IMG/VR virus record: IMGVR_UViG_3300017700_000813
Span: 1-57,453 of that record
From: a virus
Lineage: Duplodnaviria; Caudoviricetes
Length of the DNA: 57,453 nucleotides
Direction: 5' to 3' (one strand)
Under the pieces are notes generated by a model, which did not search any database, was not told the DNA's origin, and saw only the letters and a program-made list of their open reading frames with translations. Positions 10,437 through 19,656 of this stretch are shown here, one piece after another (position 1 is the first letter of the stretch; the number at the start of each line of letters is the position of its first letter). Both the position numbers and the translations under genes were made by a program.

Positions 10437-11858
10437 TTAGAACCTCACGTCGCTGGTTAGGGTGACCTCGCGCCCCGAGGGCGGATGCTTGGCATCCTTG
10501 AGATCCATGATCGCGTAGCGGGTGGCATCCATCAGGTGGTCGTTCTGCTTCACCACGTTGCCCTTTTCGTCGTAGCGGTAGCGGCGGAACTCATCGAACC
10601 ACTTGACGCACGTCGCAAACACCTTCAGGCGCCCATCCTCGAGGCGGGACACGACCTCGCCGATGCCGGCGTCCACTGCCTTATTGGGCAGCTTCATGTC
10701 GACGCCGAGGCTACGATACTTTTTCACGATCTGCTCGCCATCGTGGGCGCGGGCAGCGGCGTCGCCCCGGCACGGGATCCACGAGCCGCGGGCCTTGATG
10801 GCCGTGGCGTGGTTCTCGGTCGTCGTCTCCCCGCGCTTGTAGTCGGCGTACAGGTAGGCGACGTCCTCGTCCTTGTCGTAGGCGATCCACACGCAGGCGG
10901 TGTTGTGCCAGCCATGGTCGAAGCCGGAGATCCGCCGGAAGTGCGGCGGGATGGCGAAGGGGCGGACGGTGATGAACTCTTCTTCCACGGGGTACACCAT
11001 GCCGATGCCGGCGGTCGGGATGCCAAGTTTGCGGGTGTTGCGAAGGTGCGGCCGGGTCTCGGCGAGCGTGATGCGCTTCCATTCCTCGGTCAGGTGGGGC
11101 ACGTCGTCCCAGCCGCAGCTGAGCGTGAAACGGCTCGCACCCAGCTTGTTCGCGTTCTCCCAGTCGAGGAAGTTGTTGACCACGTCGGAGAAGCCCGACA
11201 GCGGGGTGAACGTCAGTAGGATCCGGCCGTCGACGCCGCGGCCGCGCTGCACGTTCTCCTCGTGGATCCCGATCGGCGGCTCCTCGTCCTCCCAGATGAA
11301 CTCGAACTTCGTGCCCTGAAAGGCCTTGCGGCCCTGCTCATAGGCGCGGAACTGGATGGTGGTCCAGCCGCCGGAGACGTGCTTGACCTTGACGAAGTCG
11401 ACCAGCCCGTTGGTGTTGCTCACCACCTTGGGCTTGCCCAGCAGGTGCCGCGGGATCAGGCCGGTACCGTACTCCTCCTCGCCCAGCTCGGCGAAGTTGC
11501 CCAGCAGCACCGGCTGGATGATCTCGCGCATGGTCTGCCGGGTGTCGCCGCAGCAGCGGATCTTGATGGCGTGATCGAAGCGCAGGCCCACCCACCACAG
11601 CGGATACAAGCCGGTCGCGTGGTAAGCCACCTCGACGCCGCCCATGCCGTAGGTCTTGCCCACGCCGTTGCCGCCCATGAAGCACCGGTGGCGGAACTTC
11701 GCGCCGGCCTCGAAGATCTCGGCGTGCTTGGGGTACTTCGAGATCCCGAACGGGCCGGGCCGATACATCGCCTCGAGGGCGTTGTAGCGGATGTACTGCT
11801 GCTCGGCCTCGATCAGGGTCTCGAGATCGAGGTCATCAATGTCCTCCACCTCGTTCAC
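10437..11858 (-). CDS. terL: Terminase large subunit
   Basis: Walker A GGNGVGKT, Walker B FIWEDEE, LTFTP coupling motif, and RNase H-like residues GFDHG and NDHLMDATRY. Confidence 0.93.
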   Translation of the reverse strand: MNEVEDIDDLDLETLIEAEQQYIRYNALEAMYRPGPFGISKYPKHAEIFEAGAKFRHRCFMGGNGVGKTYGMGGVEVAYHATGLYPLWWVGLRFDHAIKIRCCGDTRQTMREIIQPVLLGNFAELGEEEYGTGLIPRHLLGKPKVVSNTNGLVDFVKVKHVSGGWTTIQFRAYEQGRKAFQGTKFEFIWEDEEPPIGIHEENVQRGRGVDGRILLTFTPLSGFSDVVNNFLDWENANKLGASRFTLSCGWDDVPHLTEEWKRITLAETRPHLRNTRKLGIPTAGIGMVYPVEEEFITVRPFAIPPHFRRISGFDHGWHNTACVWIAYDKDEDVAYLYADYKRGETTTENHATAIKARGSWIPCRGDAAARAHDGEQIVKKYRSLGVDMKLPNKAVDAGIGEVVSRLEDGRLKVFATCVKWFDEFRRYRYDEKGNVVKQNDHLMDATRYAIMDLKDAKHPPSGREVTLTSDVRF

Positions 11859-12304
11859 TGCAGGGCGCGGTAGCTGTAGTGGTAGATCAGCATCAGGGAC
11901 TCGATCGCGGCGGACTGGAAGCGCAGCGCGGGATTCCCGTCACCCGGGGCGGACGACACGACGCCCGGGGAATACGCGGCGCCTGCGGCCAGCAGCGTGC
12001 CGTGGACCGGGTTGTCGACGGTCGTGTCCATCGGGATCGGTGGCGAGAGATCGAAGCGCACCGTGGCCGCGCCACCCGCGGTGGTGGTCACCGTCGCGCG
12101 CCCGGACACGGTCACGATCGCACCGACCCGCGAATACTGGGCGATGCCCGGCGTCACGACGGACGCGTTGGACAGCGCGGACGCCTCCGGCGTGTACTGC
12201 CCGTCGCCGGCCACCGCCTCGAGCAGGCGGATCAGGCTCTCGGCCTGCTCCCGGGTGAAGGCCCGGGAATCGAGCAGCGGGCGGAAGGCGGTGCTGAGCG
12301 TCAC
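11855..12304 (-). CDS. Small virion fibre-associated protein
   Basis: GTG at 12304 overlaps the upstream stop (MTLSTAFRPLL...); C-terminal YSRVGAIVTVSG beta motif typical of fibre tips. Confidence 0.6.
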   Translation of the reverse strand: MTLSTAFRPLLDSRAFTREQAESLIRLLEAVAGDGQYTPEASALSNASVVTPGIAQYSRVGAIVTVSGRATVTTTAGGAATVRFDLSPPIPMDTTVDNPVHGTLLAAGAAYSPGVVSSAPGDGNPALRFQSAAIESLMLIYHYSYRALQ

Positions 12305-14421
12305 AGGCCGGACTCGTAGCTGATCTCGACCACGATGTCGGCGGTCGCGGTGCGGCCGCCGCTGTCGGTGACGGTCAGGCGGAAGGTGGCGGACTTGTTG
12401 CCGCCGATCGGGATGCCGGTGCCGGTGAAGGCCGTGGTGGCCGCGGCCGGGCTGTCGGCGGTGATGTCGGCGCTGCCCGCGATCCGGGTCCACGCGTAGC
12501 TGTAGCCGCCCGAGCCGCCGCTGGCGGTGCCGGTGACGGTGCCCGTGGTCAGGGTCCGCGTGCCCGGGGATCCGCTGGCCGGGCTGTTCGTGAACAGGTA
12601 GCTCAGCGTCGGGGCCAGCGAGACGGACAGGCCGAGCGCGATGGTCAGGGACTGGGGCGAGTCGGCCACGAAGCCGGCGGCGTCCGTCACGCGCACGGTG
12701 AAGCCGTAGGCGCCCACGGCGGACGGGGTGCCGGTCAGGGCGCCGCTGCCGGCGTTGATGCTCACTCCGGGCGGCAGGCTGCCGCTGGCGATGCTCCAGA
12801 CGTTCGAGCCGTGCCCGCCCGAGGCGCTCAGGCTCGAGTCGGCGTACGCGGCTCCGGTGTAGCCCGGGCTGGCCACGGTGCCGGCGATGGTCAGGTTGTC
12901 GGCGTAGGTCACCGACTGGGCGGCGTCGACCACGTTCGCCATGTCGTCGGTCAGGCGCACGGTGACGGCCACGACGCCGTAGCTGGTGGAGGTGGGCGTG
13001 CCGGTCACCTCGCCGGTCGTGCTGCTGAGCGACAGGCCCGTGATCAGGCTGCCCGACTGCAGGGCGTAGGCCAGCGGCGAATGGCCGCCGCTCTGGGTCG
13101 GGGACAGCGAGTAGGCCCGGGTGCGCATCGCGAAGCTGGCCGGGTAGGACAGGGTCGGGAAGTTCCGGTAGCCGATCGTCGCGCTCACGTTGGCGGTCGC
13201 GCCCAGATCGTCGGTGACGCGGAAGGTCATGCTCCGATCGGTGTAGCTCGTGTCGGTGGGCGTGCCCGAGAGGGCGCCGGTACCGGCGTTGAGCGTGATG
13301 CCCGCAGGGAGCGTGCCGGCCGTCACCACGAAGCTGAAGGGCGACTTGCCGCCGCCGCGGTTCAGGGTGCCAGTGTAGGCGACGGTGCGCGTGGCGCGGC
13401 CCACGGTGGCGCCGAGCGTCATCACGACATAGGTGTTGGTCGCGCTCGCCGTGAAATCGTAGGTGGCGCTGCTGATGCCGTCGGACACGGTGAGGCGGAA
13501 GAAGCCAACCGTGCTCGCGCCCGGGGCCACGGTGCCCACGAAGCTCGTGCTCAGGCTGGTGGGCGAGCCGGCATTGATGGCCGTGCTGCCGCTGATCCGC
13601 GCCCAGCTGTAGCTGTAGGATCCGGTGCCGCCGGCAATGACCAGCCCGCTGTAGGTGGGCATGATCGAGAACGCGGACAGGGTCTCGACGTTCTGCACGC
13701 CGTTGGTGATGTTGCCGGTGATCGAGATCGCCGTGTAGGCGCTCACCACGCTCAGCGAGAACGTGCCGCTCGCGATGTCGCCCGACGCATCGGTGACGCT
13801 GATGCCGAGCGATACGCTGCTCACGTCGCTCGAGGTGCCGGAGATGACGCCGGTGCTGGTGTTGAAGGTCAGGCCCGACGGCAGCGAGCCGCTGGTGATC
13901 GCCCACGTCCGCGGCAGGTGGCCGCCGGCCGCGTCCAGACCATCGCTGTAGGCGACGGCCTCGGTGGCGTTGGCGTAGGTGCCGCCCAGCGTGAGCACGT
14001 CGGCATAGCGGAGCGTGACCGCCTGCTGCGCCGAGGATCCCACTGCGTCGACCACGCGGATCGTCAGCGGTCGGTCGGTGTAGGTGGTGTCCGTCGGGGT
14101 GCCGCTGATCACGCCGGTGCCCGCATCGATGGTCAGCCCGGTGGGCAGCGTGCCCGAAGCGATCGACCAGACGTAGGGCGCGGTACCGTTCGCCACGCTC
14201 AGGCCGCCGCTGTAGGCGACCGTGCGCTTGGCGAAGGTGGGGATGGATCCCGACAGCGACGGCGCCGTGTAGGCGGCGATGGTGATCGACTGCGGGATGT
14301 CACGCGTATTGCCCTGCGCGTCTCGCACGCGCAGGGTGAAGTTGTAGGTTCCGGCCTCGGTGGGAGTGCCGGAAACTACCCCGGTGGTGGGGTTAAGCGC
14401 GAGACCCGGGGGAAGCGGCAT
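12301..14421 (-). CDS. Ig-like (putative Ig/He_PIG) repeat virion protein
   Basis: About 6-7 repeats of G-x-LP-x-GL-x-x-x-x-x-TG-x-ISGTP...F/I-TVRV-x-D. Confidence 0.85.
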   Translation of the reverse strand: MPLPPGLALNPTTGVVSGTPTEAGTYNFTLRVRDAQGNTRDIPQSITIAAYTAPSLSGSIPTFAKRTVAYSGGLSVANGTAPYVWSIASGTLPTGLTIDAGTGVISGTPTDTTYTDRPLTIRVVDAVGSSAQQAVTLRYADVLTLGGTYANATEAVAYSDGLDAAGGHLPRTWAITSGSLPSGLTFNTSTGVISGTSSDVSSVSLGISVTDASGDIASGTFSLSVVSAYTAISITGNITNGVQNVETLSAFSIMPTYSGLVIAGGTGSYSYSWARISGSTAINAGSPTSLSTSFVGTVAPGASTVGFFRLTVSDGISSATYDFTASATNTYVVMTLGATVGRATRTVAYTGTLNRGGGKSPFSFVVTAGTLPAGITLNAGTGALSGTPTDTSYTDRSMTFRVTDDLGATANVSATIGYRNFPTLSYPASFAMRTRAYSLSPTQSGGHSPLAYALQSGSLITGLSLSSTTGEVTGTPTSTSYGVVAVTVRLTDDMANVVDAAQSVTYADNLTIAGTVASPGYTGAAYADSSLSASGGHGSNVWSIASGSLPPGVSINAGSGALTGTPSAVGAYGFTVRVTDAAGFVADSPQSLTIALGLSVSLAPTLSYLFTNSPASGSPGTRTLTTGTVTGTASGGSGGYSYAWTRIAGSADITADSPAAATTAFTGTGIPIGGNKSATFRLTVTDSGGRTATADIVVEISYESGL

Positions 14422-14423
14422 GG

Positions 14424-14636
14424 TCAGATGCCCGTGGTCGAGATGGTCGCGCCGACGTAGTTGGTGTCGGTGACGCCCGCGTCGGCGTTGAGCTTCGTGG
14501 CCAGCGTGGTCAGTGCCGTGTTGACGGTGACGGCATCCTGCTGGATGTCCACCAGCAGGTCAGCGAGGATCTTCGCCTGCGGGGACGTGAAGCCACCCTG
14601 CAGACGGGCTTGGATGTTGGTGCGCGAAAGTGCCAT
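14424..14636 (-). CDS. Small virion protein
   Basis: 70 aa with AGGAG RBS; C-terminal LATKLNADAGVTDTNY motif. Confidence 0.65.
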   Translation of the reverse strand: MALSRTNIQARLQGGFTSPQAKILADLLVDIQQDAVTVNTALTTLATKLNADAGVTDTNYVGATISTTGI

Positions 14637-14704
14637 TGCGGTTTCTCCTCCGGCTGGAAGGGGTAGCTACGCGCGGTGCCGGAAACCCCGCGCGCGGCCG
14701 GAAC

Positions 14705-15007
14705 TCAGTTGCCGTGGTCGGCTGCGACGGAAGCGTACACGGCGGCCGCACCGATCGTCGCGTCCTTATCGATGCTGTAGGTCGGGCCGACGGGCAGGGT
14801 GGCATTGGGCTGCGCGGCAGTGAGCGTGACGGGCACGCCGCCCTCGGAGTAGACGACGCGAGCGGCGCCGCCCATGACGTAGATGTCGACCTCCTCCGCA
14901 CCGGCAAGGCCCTCCGCATGGAGCACGACGCTGTTGTAGACGTCGGTGAGCAGCAGCTTATTGCTGTCGGCCGCGGTCTTTGCTTCGATGATGGTGATGG
15001 TGGCCAT
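14705..15007 (-). CDS. Small virion protein, paralogous to the N-terminus of the spike
   Basis: GAGG RBS; shares GLAGAE, GGA, LTA-x-QP-x-A-x-LP-x-GPTYSIDK with the N-terminus of 15030..17102. Confidence 0.75.
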   Translation of the reverse strand: MATITIIEAKTAADSNKLLLTDVYNSVVLHAEGLAGAEEVDIYVMGGAARVVYSEGGVPVTLTAAQPNATLPVGPTYSIDKDATIGAAAVYASVAADHGN

Positions 15008-15029
15008 GGGTTACCTCGGTGTTTTCCGG

Positions 15030-17102
15030 TTAGACGAAGAATGGATCGATGGCAGTCTCGAAGATCCCGGCGGCAATGACCTGACCGGCCGTGTTGAGGT
15101 GGATGTCGTCGTCGTAGTAAACGCGAGCTGCGGGCGCCCCGTCGGGGCCGATGTCCGGGTCGGCAGCGAGGTCGGCAAGACCCTCGAAGTCGAGTCCGAC
15201 ACGCGTGCGCATGAGCGCAGCAAGCAGCAGGCGTTCCGCGTTCCACGCCGGGTTTCCGACATTGGCGGGAAGCGGGGTGGCGGCGATGACGATCGCGCCC
15301 GCGTTGCGGTAGTCGGCGTACAGCAGGGCGAGCTTGTCGTAGTACGCGGCGTGTCCGAGAGAGCCGATCTCGGCGGTGTCGTTGGTGGCACACAGAATGG
15401 TGACAATGGGCTGCGCGCCGGCGGCGATAGCCTGCGCAATGATCTGCAGGTTCTTCGCCTTGCGGGTGTTGAGGTCGACGATGCCGGACGAGCTGACGGA
15501 CCTGTTGCGCATGTACAGCGGCGGCTTGCCCGCGAAGGCGCCGGCCGCACCGAGGAGGTACGGGTATGCCGGACCCTGAGGTGCGCCAGTGGACGCCGAG
15601 ATGCTGTCGCCATCGGAAAGTAGGAAGTGGGAGAACGTGCCCATGACCTGACCAGCGGCCGGAACGTCGACGTTGCGGATCTTCTCGTGGATAGCAAAGA
15701 AGTCGGCATCGGACGGATAGGACGGGAAGGCAACAGCAACCACCGGGAAGCCGCGCGCAGGCGTCGCCGTGGTGGAGCCGTAGAGGTTGAGCATGCGGGC
15801 TTGGAACCCAGCCCACGCCGTCGATGCGGAATTGAGTTCGACGCCGTTGAAGTAGCACTCGCGCGCCCCGTTCCTGATCCGGATGGCGTAGATGTGGACG
15901 CCCTCGTTGACCGGCTCGATGCGCGTCGTGCCCTGATTGACGGGCTGGAACGTCACCTGCCCGAGAACAGAGCCGGCCGTCACGCCGATCTGCAGGGTGT
16001 TGACGGTGGTGCCGAGAGAGGCGTCGGCCTCGGTGACAAATAGCTGTCCGCTGCCGAGCGTCCTGTAGTCGAAAGCGACCACGGCGCAGAACTCGGTGAA
16101 CGTCTTCGCAGCAGGGAACGTGGGCGACAACACGGAGCCGACAGCGCCGCCAGTCAGGTTGTCCAAAAGGTTGCCGGAGCGCGAGATGGCGCCGGCGTAG
16201 CCCTTGTTGCGGACCTTGAAATGCCAGTCGTTCGTCTCGGTGGCGAATGCCGGCATGGTCTCGGCAGACGGATACCACTGCAGCTCGTCGATGAGGAGAT
16301 CAACCGGCGCGTTGGCGGCCGCGGGAAGAATCGCGAACGAATCGTAGGTCGTGCCGCTGGCGGCGTAGGGCGAGACATCGAGATAGGTCCACGTCGCGTC
16401 ATTCACCGTGGCGGTGAGGTATCCGGGCAGGGTGTCGCCATAGCGAATATCTTTCGTCGGCCCGCCGGAGTTGAGCTTGACCGGGAGGCGCAGCCGATAG
16501 TTGTTCGCCGGCGGCGCGCCGGAGTACAGGAGGAAGGTCGTCGTGTCGGCAGCGAACTCGACGCGACTGGCCGTCATCGAGCCGCCGGGTCCGTTGGCGA
16601 AGTTGTTGGTCAGGACGCCGGCGCCGCCGGCAGATCGAATGTAGCCCGTGGACAGGGTGAAGATGTTCCCGTTGGGCGGCGTGCTCGCGTAACGGTTCGC
16701 CACCACGCGTCCATCGGAGTCGAGGTGGTCGATCGAGTAGATCGCGAACTCGGGCGCGATGGGGAACTCGACAACGGTGCCGCCCGGGGTCGTGACCGTC
16801 GTGACCGCCGACGCACTTGCGCCGGACCAGTAGACCGACACGGCACCGGCACTGGCGCTCTTGTCAATCGAGTAGGTCGGGCCGGTCGGCAGGCGCGCGA
16901 ATGGCTGGGTGGCAGTCAGCTCGACGGCCAGCTGGTTCTCGGCGTAGGGCACGGCCCCGGCACCGCCGGTGATGAAGACCTCGACGGTCTCCGCCCCGGC
17001 CAAGCCGACCGCGAAGACCATGACGTGGCTGTAGCCGTCGGGGTTGAAGACGATGTTGGAAGCCGCGTCGGTGCTCGGGTTGAGGATGGTCTTGACGGTC
17101 AC
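15030..17102 (-). CDS. Tail spike/receptor-binding protein with C-terminal SGNH (GDSL) esterase
   Basis: GDSIS, ATND and DDIHLN catalytic blocks preceded by beta-sandwich regions. Confidence 0.75.
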   Translation of the reverse strand: MTVKTILNPSTDAASNIVFNPDGYSHVMVFAVGLAGAETVEVFITGGAGAVPYAENQLAVELTATQPFARLPTGPTYSIDKSASAGAVSVYWSGASASAVTTVTTPGGTVVEFPIAPEFAIYSIDHLDSDGRVVANRYASTPPNGNIFTLSTGYIRSAGGAGVLTNNFANGPGGSMTASRVEFAADTTTFLLYSGAPPANNYRLRLPVKLNSGGPTKDIRYGDTLPGYLTATVNDATWTYLDVSPYAASGTTYDSFAILPAAANAPVDLLIDELQWYPSAETMPAFATETNDWHFKVRNKGYAGAISRSGNLLDNLTGGAVGSVLSPTFPAAKTFTEFCAVVAFDYRTLGSGQLFVTEADASLGTTVNTLQIGVTAGSVLGQVTFQPVNQGTTRIEPVNEGVHIYAIRIRNGARECYFNGVELNSASTAWAGFQARMLNLYGSTTATPARGFPVVAVAFPSYPSDADFFAIHEKIRNVDVPAAGQVMGTFSHFLLSDGDSISASTGAPQGPAYPYLLGAAGAFAGKPPLYMRNRSVSSSGIVDLNTRKAKNLQIIAQAIAAGAQPIVTILCATNDTAEIGSLGHAAYYDKLALLYADYRNAGAIVIAATPLPANVGNPAWNAERLLLAALMRTRVGLDFEGLADLAADPDIGPDGAPAARVYYDDDIHLNTAGQVIAAGIFETAIDPFFV

Positions 17103-17158
17103 GGGGGCATCCTGTGGTTGTGCGCCGGAGGCTGCCGCTCGCGGGCGGCCAATGCAAG

Positions 17159-17599
17159 TCAGTCGCCCGGAAGGTCTTCCCGGGAGATCAGTCCGGCCTT
17201 GTGGAGCGCCCGCACGCGGTTGACGATCATCTGCCGGCGCTCCTCGGCCGGCATGTCGAGCGCCCGCTGCAGGGGCGTCTCCTTGTCCTTGTCCAGCCCG
17301 CCCTCGTCGAGGAGGCCCGTGGCCTTGGCCAGCATGCCCAGCGCGGCCACGCGCGCCGTCTGGCGGCTGCGGGTGCCGTAGTCGGTGGCCTCGCGCATGA
17401 GGCGCGTGACCACCCAGCGGGCATCGAGCACGTCGGGATCCGCGTCCCGGCCCAGCAGCTCGACGGCGTTGGACTCGGGGGAGTGCGGATCCTGCAGTGT
17501 GCCCGGGCCGGCGGCCTTGAGGAACTCGCCCTCGGTGGGCTTGCCCGGGTTCGGCCCGGGCGGCATCACCTCACCCTCGAGGAGGAACGGGTCGCTCAC
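17159..17599 (-). CDS. Terminase small subunit-like protein
   Basis: LDARWVVTRLMREA...ARVAALGMLAKATGLL resembles TerS C-terminal motifs; GTG start overlaps the upstream stop. Confidence 0.55.
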   Translation of the reverse strand: MSDPFLLEGEVMPPGPNPGKPTEGEFLKAAGPGTLQDPHSPESNAVELLGRDADPDVLDARWVVTRLMREATDYGTRSRQTARVAALGMLAKATGLLDEGGLDKDKETPLQRALDMPAEERRQMIVNRVRALHKAGLISREDLPGD

Positions 17600-17955
17600 A
17601 GCAGGCCCAGCGCCTTGGCCATGGCGCGCACGGTGCCGCCGAAGATGGCGTCCTTGACTCGCTGCTCTTCCGGCAGCTGGTCGTACGGCACGAGGCAGGG
17701 GTGGGTCTTGGCGTCGGCGTTCTTGACCGGCCCGTAGCGCCAGCCGTCGGCGATCTTGGCCGCTCCCCAGCTCTCGTGCAGCTGCTCGGGCGTGATGTCC
17801 GGGTTGGCCAGCACGGCCTCGACGCCCTTGACTGCGGACTCGCGCTGCCACTCCGGCGCGTACTGCCAGTTGGCCTGCGTCGCGTCGCCGATGATGAAGC
17901 AGTAGGCGCGGTTGGCCTCGTGCGCCGCCTGCGCACACGCGAAGATCTTGAGCAT
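17596..17955 (-). CDS. RyR-domain protein
   Basis: HESW-x-x-x-K-x-x-DGWRYGP-x-KN-x-x-x-KTHPCLVPYDQLPEEQRVKD is the RyR repeat signature. Confidence 0.85.
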   Translation of the reverse strand: MLKIFACAQAAHEANRAYCFIIGDATQANWQYAPEWQRESAVKGVEAVLANPDITPEQLHESWGAAKIADGWRYGPVKNADAKTHPCLVPYDQLPEEQRVKDAIFGGTVRAMAKALGLL

Positions 17956-17957
17956 GC

Positions 17958-18257
17958 TCACGGCCGCACCGCCCCGGCCTTGATGGCCGCATCGATGCAG
18001 GCCACGCAGCTGGCCCGGCGCAGCTCGCACTGCTGCAGCTCGAGGCGCAGCGGGGTCACCACCTGCGGCTTGATGTAGTCCCACGCCTCGGGCTTGCGCG
18101 CGTCCGGCGGCAGCCACTTCGGCAGGCTGGTGTCGCAGGGGTTGCGGCACTCGTCGGCGCAGCGGATCTGCGGCGCCGTCCACGCCGGGGCGTCAGCGAC
18201 GGGGGCGGAGGCGCAGCCGGCGAGCACCAGCAGCAGACCCAGCAGCAGCGCCCTCAC
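17958..18257 (-). CDS. Outer-membrane spanin-like lipoprotein (Rz1-like)
   Basis: Signal peptide with lipobox LAGC; Pro/Cys-rich; lies in the lysis region. Confidence 0.7.
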   Translation of the reverse strand: MRALLLGLLLVLAGCASAPVADAPAWTAPQIRCADECRNPCDTSLPKWLPPDARKPEAWDYIKPQVVTPLRLELQQCELRRASCVACIDAAIKAGAVRP

Positions 18258-18550
18258 GAGAACACCGCCACGAAGACGCCGGCGAGCAGGCCGGCGGCCA
18301 CGACCAGCGACGACAGGATCAGCAGGGCGACCTTGCGCTCGTGCTTGTGGCAGGCGGCGAGGTACTCGAGCGCCTCATCGGTGTTGATCGACCCGCGGTG
18401 GCGCGCCGTGTTGATCTGCTCGTTAGTGAAGAAGACCACGGTCTCGTCGCCGTTGGGCAGTACGAGCAGCGCCGGGTAGTAGCAGGGATCGGCACCGAAC
18501 TTGCGGTTCTCGTTGAACATCTTCTCGGATTCGTAGATGCGGCTTTGCAT
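18254..18550 (-). CDS. Membrane protein with C-terminal TM helix
   Basis: MQSRIYESEK...; GGAG RBS; hydrophobic C-terminus. Confidence 0.6.
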   Translation of the reverse strand: MQSRIYESEKMFNENRKFGADPCYYPALLVLPNGDETVVFFTNEQINTARHRGSINTDEALEYLAACHKHERKVALLILSSLVVAAGLLAGVFVAVFS

Positions 18551-18552
18551 GG

Positions 18553-18729
18553 TCAGCTCCAGAGGTGGCGGGCGGTGAGCACGATGGCGTCGAGCACGGT
18601 CCACACGGCGCCGAGCACCGCGAGCACCACGCAGAAGCCGATGATGAAGGCGACACCGGTCGCGGCAACGTGGCCCATGAAGGCCGTGGCCGGTGCTGCA
18701 GCGCGGCGGAAGGTGCGGGCGACGTGCAT
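18553..18729 (-). CDS. Small membrane protein (holin candidate)
   Basis: 58 aa with a long hydrophobic segment; GGAGG RBS; TGATG overlap. Confidence 0.5.
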   Translation of the reverse strand: MHVARTFRRAAAPATAFMGHVAATGVAFIIGFCVVLAVLGAVWTVLDAIVLTARHLWS

Positions 18730-19109
18730 CAGCCGCCTCCGTTGAAGGCGTCGACGCGCTGCTGGCCCGGACCGCAGTTGGAAGGCAGCGGCGGCAGGCG
18801 CGCGAGCGCCGCGTTGTAGTCGGCGATGACGTCCCGCTGCTCTTCGGCGATGGCCGCGAACTCCGCCGCGAGCAGGATCCGCTGCTCCTCGGCCTGCGCG
18901 GCGATCTCTTCGGACTGGCGGGCGCCGCGCTTGGCGGCCGCGATCTCGGCGGCACTGCGCAGCTTGGCGATCTCCGCCGCGTGCTCGGTCTCGGCGATGG
19001 CGCTGGCCTTGAACTGGGACACATTGAACCAGCCGCTCACCACCAGCAGCGCGGACAGCACGGCGATGGTGATCAGCAGGGGCTTGATGGCGAGCTTGTC
19101 GAGGATCAT
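18729..19109 (-). CDS. Inner-membrane spanin (Rz-like)
   Basis: N-terminal TM helix, Ala/Glu coiled coil and C-terminal Cys. Confidence 0.7.
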   Translation of the reverse strand: MILDKLAIKPLLITIAVLSALLVVSGWFNVSQFKASAIAETEHAAEIAKLRSAAEIAAAKRGARQSEEIAAQAEEQRILLAAEFAAIAEEQRDVIADYNAALARLPPLPSNCGPGQQRVDAFNGGG

Positions 19110-19420
19110 GGTGCGTTCTCCGTGGGTTCGTCGATCCATACTTCACTGGCGGGCGAGCCAGCGAACTGAATCTCGCGGCCCTGTTGTTCGGCGATGGCCT
19201 TGGCGCGCTCGATCTCGGACAGCAGCGCGTTGTCGAACTCGAGCTTCTGCAGGAACACCTCGACCGCGTAGGCGATCCGGTTCTCGATCGGGTCGGGCAG
19301 CAGGTCCGGATCCTGCTGGTACACCCACGACCACGGCGTGACACCCGCCTTCCAGATCGAGAAGGCCAGCGTGGAGATCCGCGCATTGCCGGGGAGATTC
19401 AGGCGCCAGTCGTGGGACAT
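19106..19420 (-). CDS. Hypothetical protein
   Basis: 104-aa ORF coupled to neighbours by overlapping stop/start. Confidence 0.55.
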   Translation of the reverse strand: MSHDWRLNLPGNARISTLAFSIWKAGVTPWSWVYQQDPDLLPDPIENRIAYAVEVFLQKLEFDNALLSEIERAKAIAEQQGREIQFAGSPASEVWIDEPTENAP

Positions 19421-19656
19421 CAGTGCTGCCTCTTGCTGTTCGCTGCGGGTAGGCCGGCCACGACGCCCTCGAGCAGGGTGGCGGTGTTGGCGAGGATGGT
19501 AGGCAAATCCCCGCTCAGGGCATAGATCTTAGCCGTGGTGCCGGACCCGATGACGCAGACCACGGTCTCGTCTTCGCCGGCGGCGTCGACCCGGTCGGCC
19601 AGATCCCGCAGGGCGGTGCTCACGCTGAGCTGGCTCGCGTCGTCCACGTTGATCAT
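19420..19656 (-). CDS. Hypothetical protein
   Basis: MINVDDASQL...; ATGA overlap with the endolysin stop. Confidence 0.55.
   Translation of the reverse strand: MINVDDASQLSVSTALRDLADRVDAAGEDETVVCVIGSGTTAKIYALSGDLPTILANTATLLEGVVAGLPAANSKRQH

Noticed and set aside
12301-17102. Diversity-generating retroelement acting on fibre genes
   Set aside because: No reverse transcriptase and no template/variable repeat pair seen.
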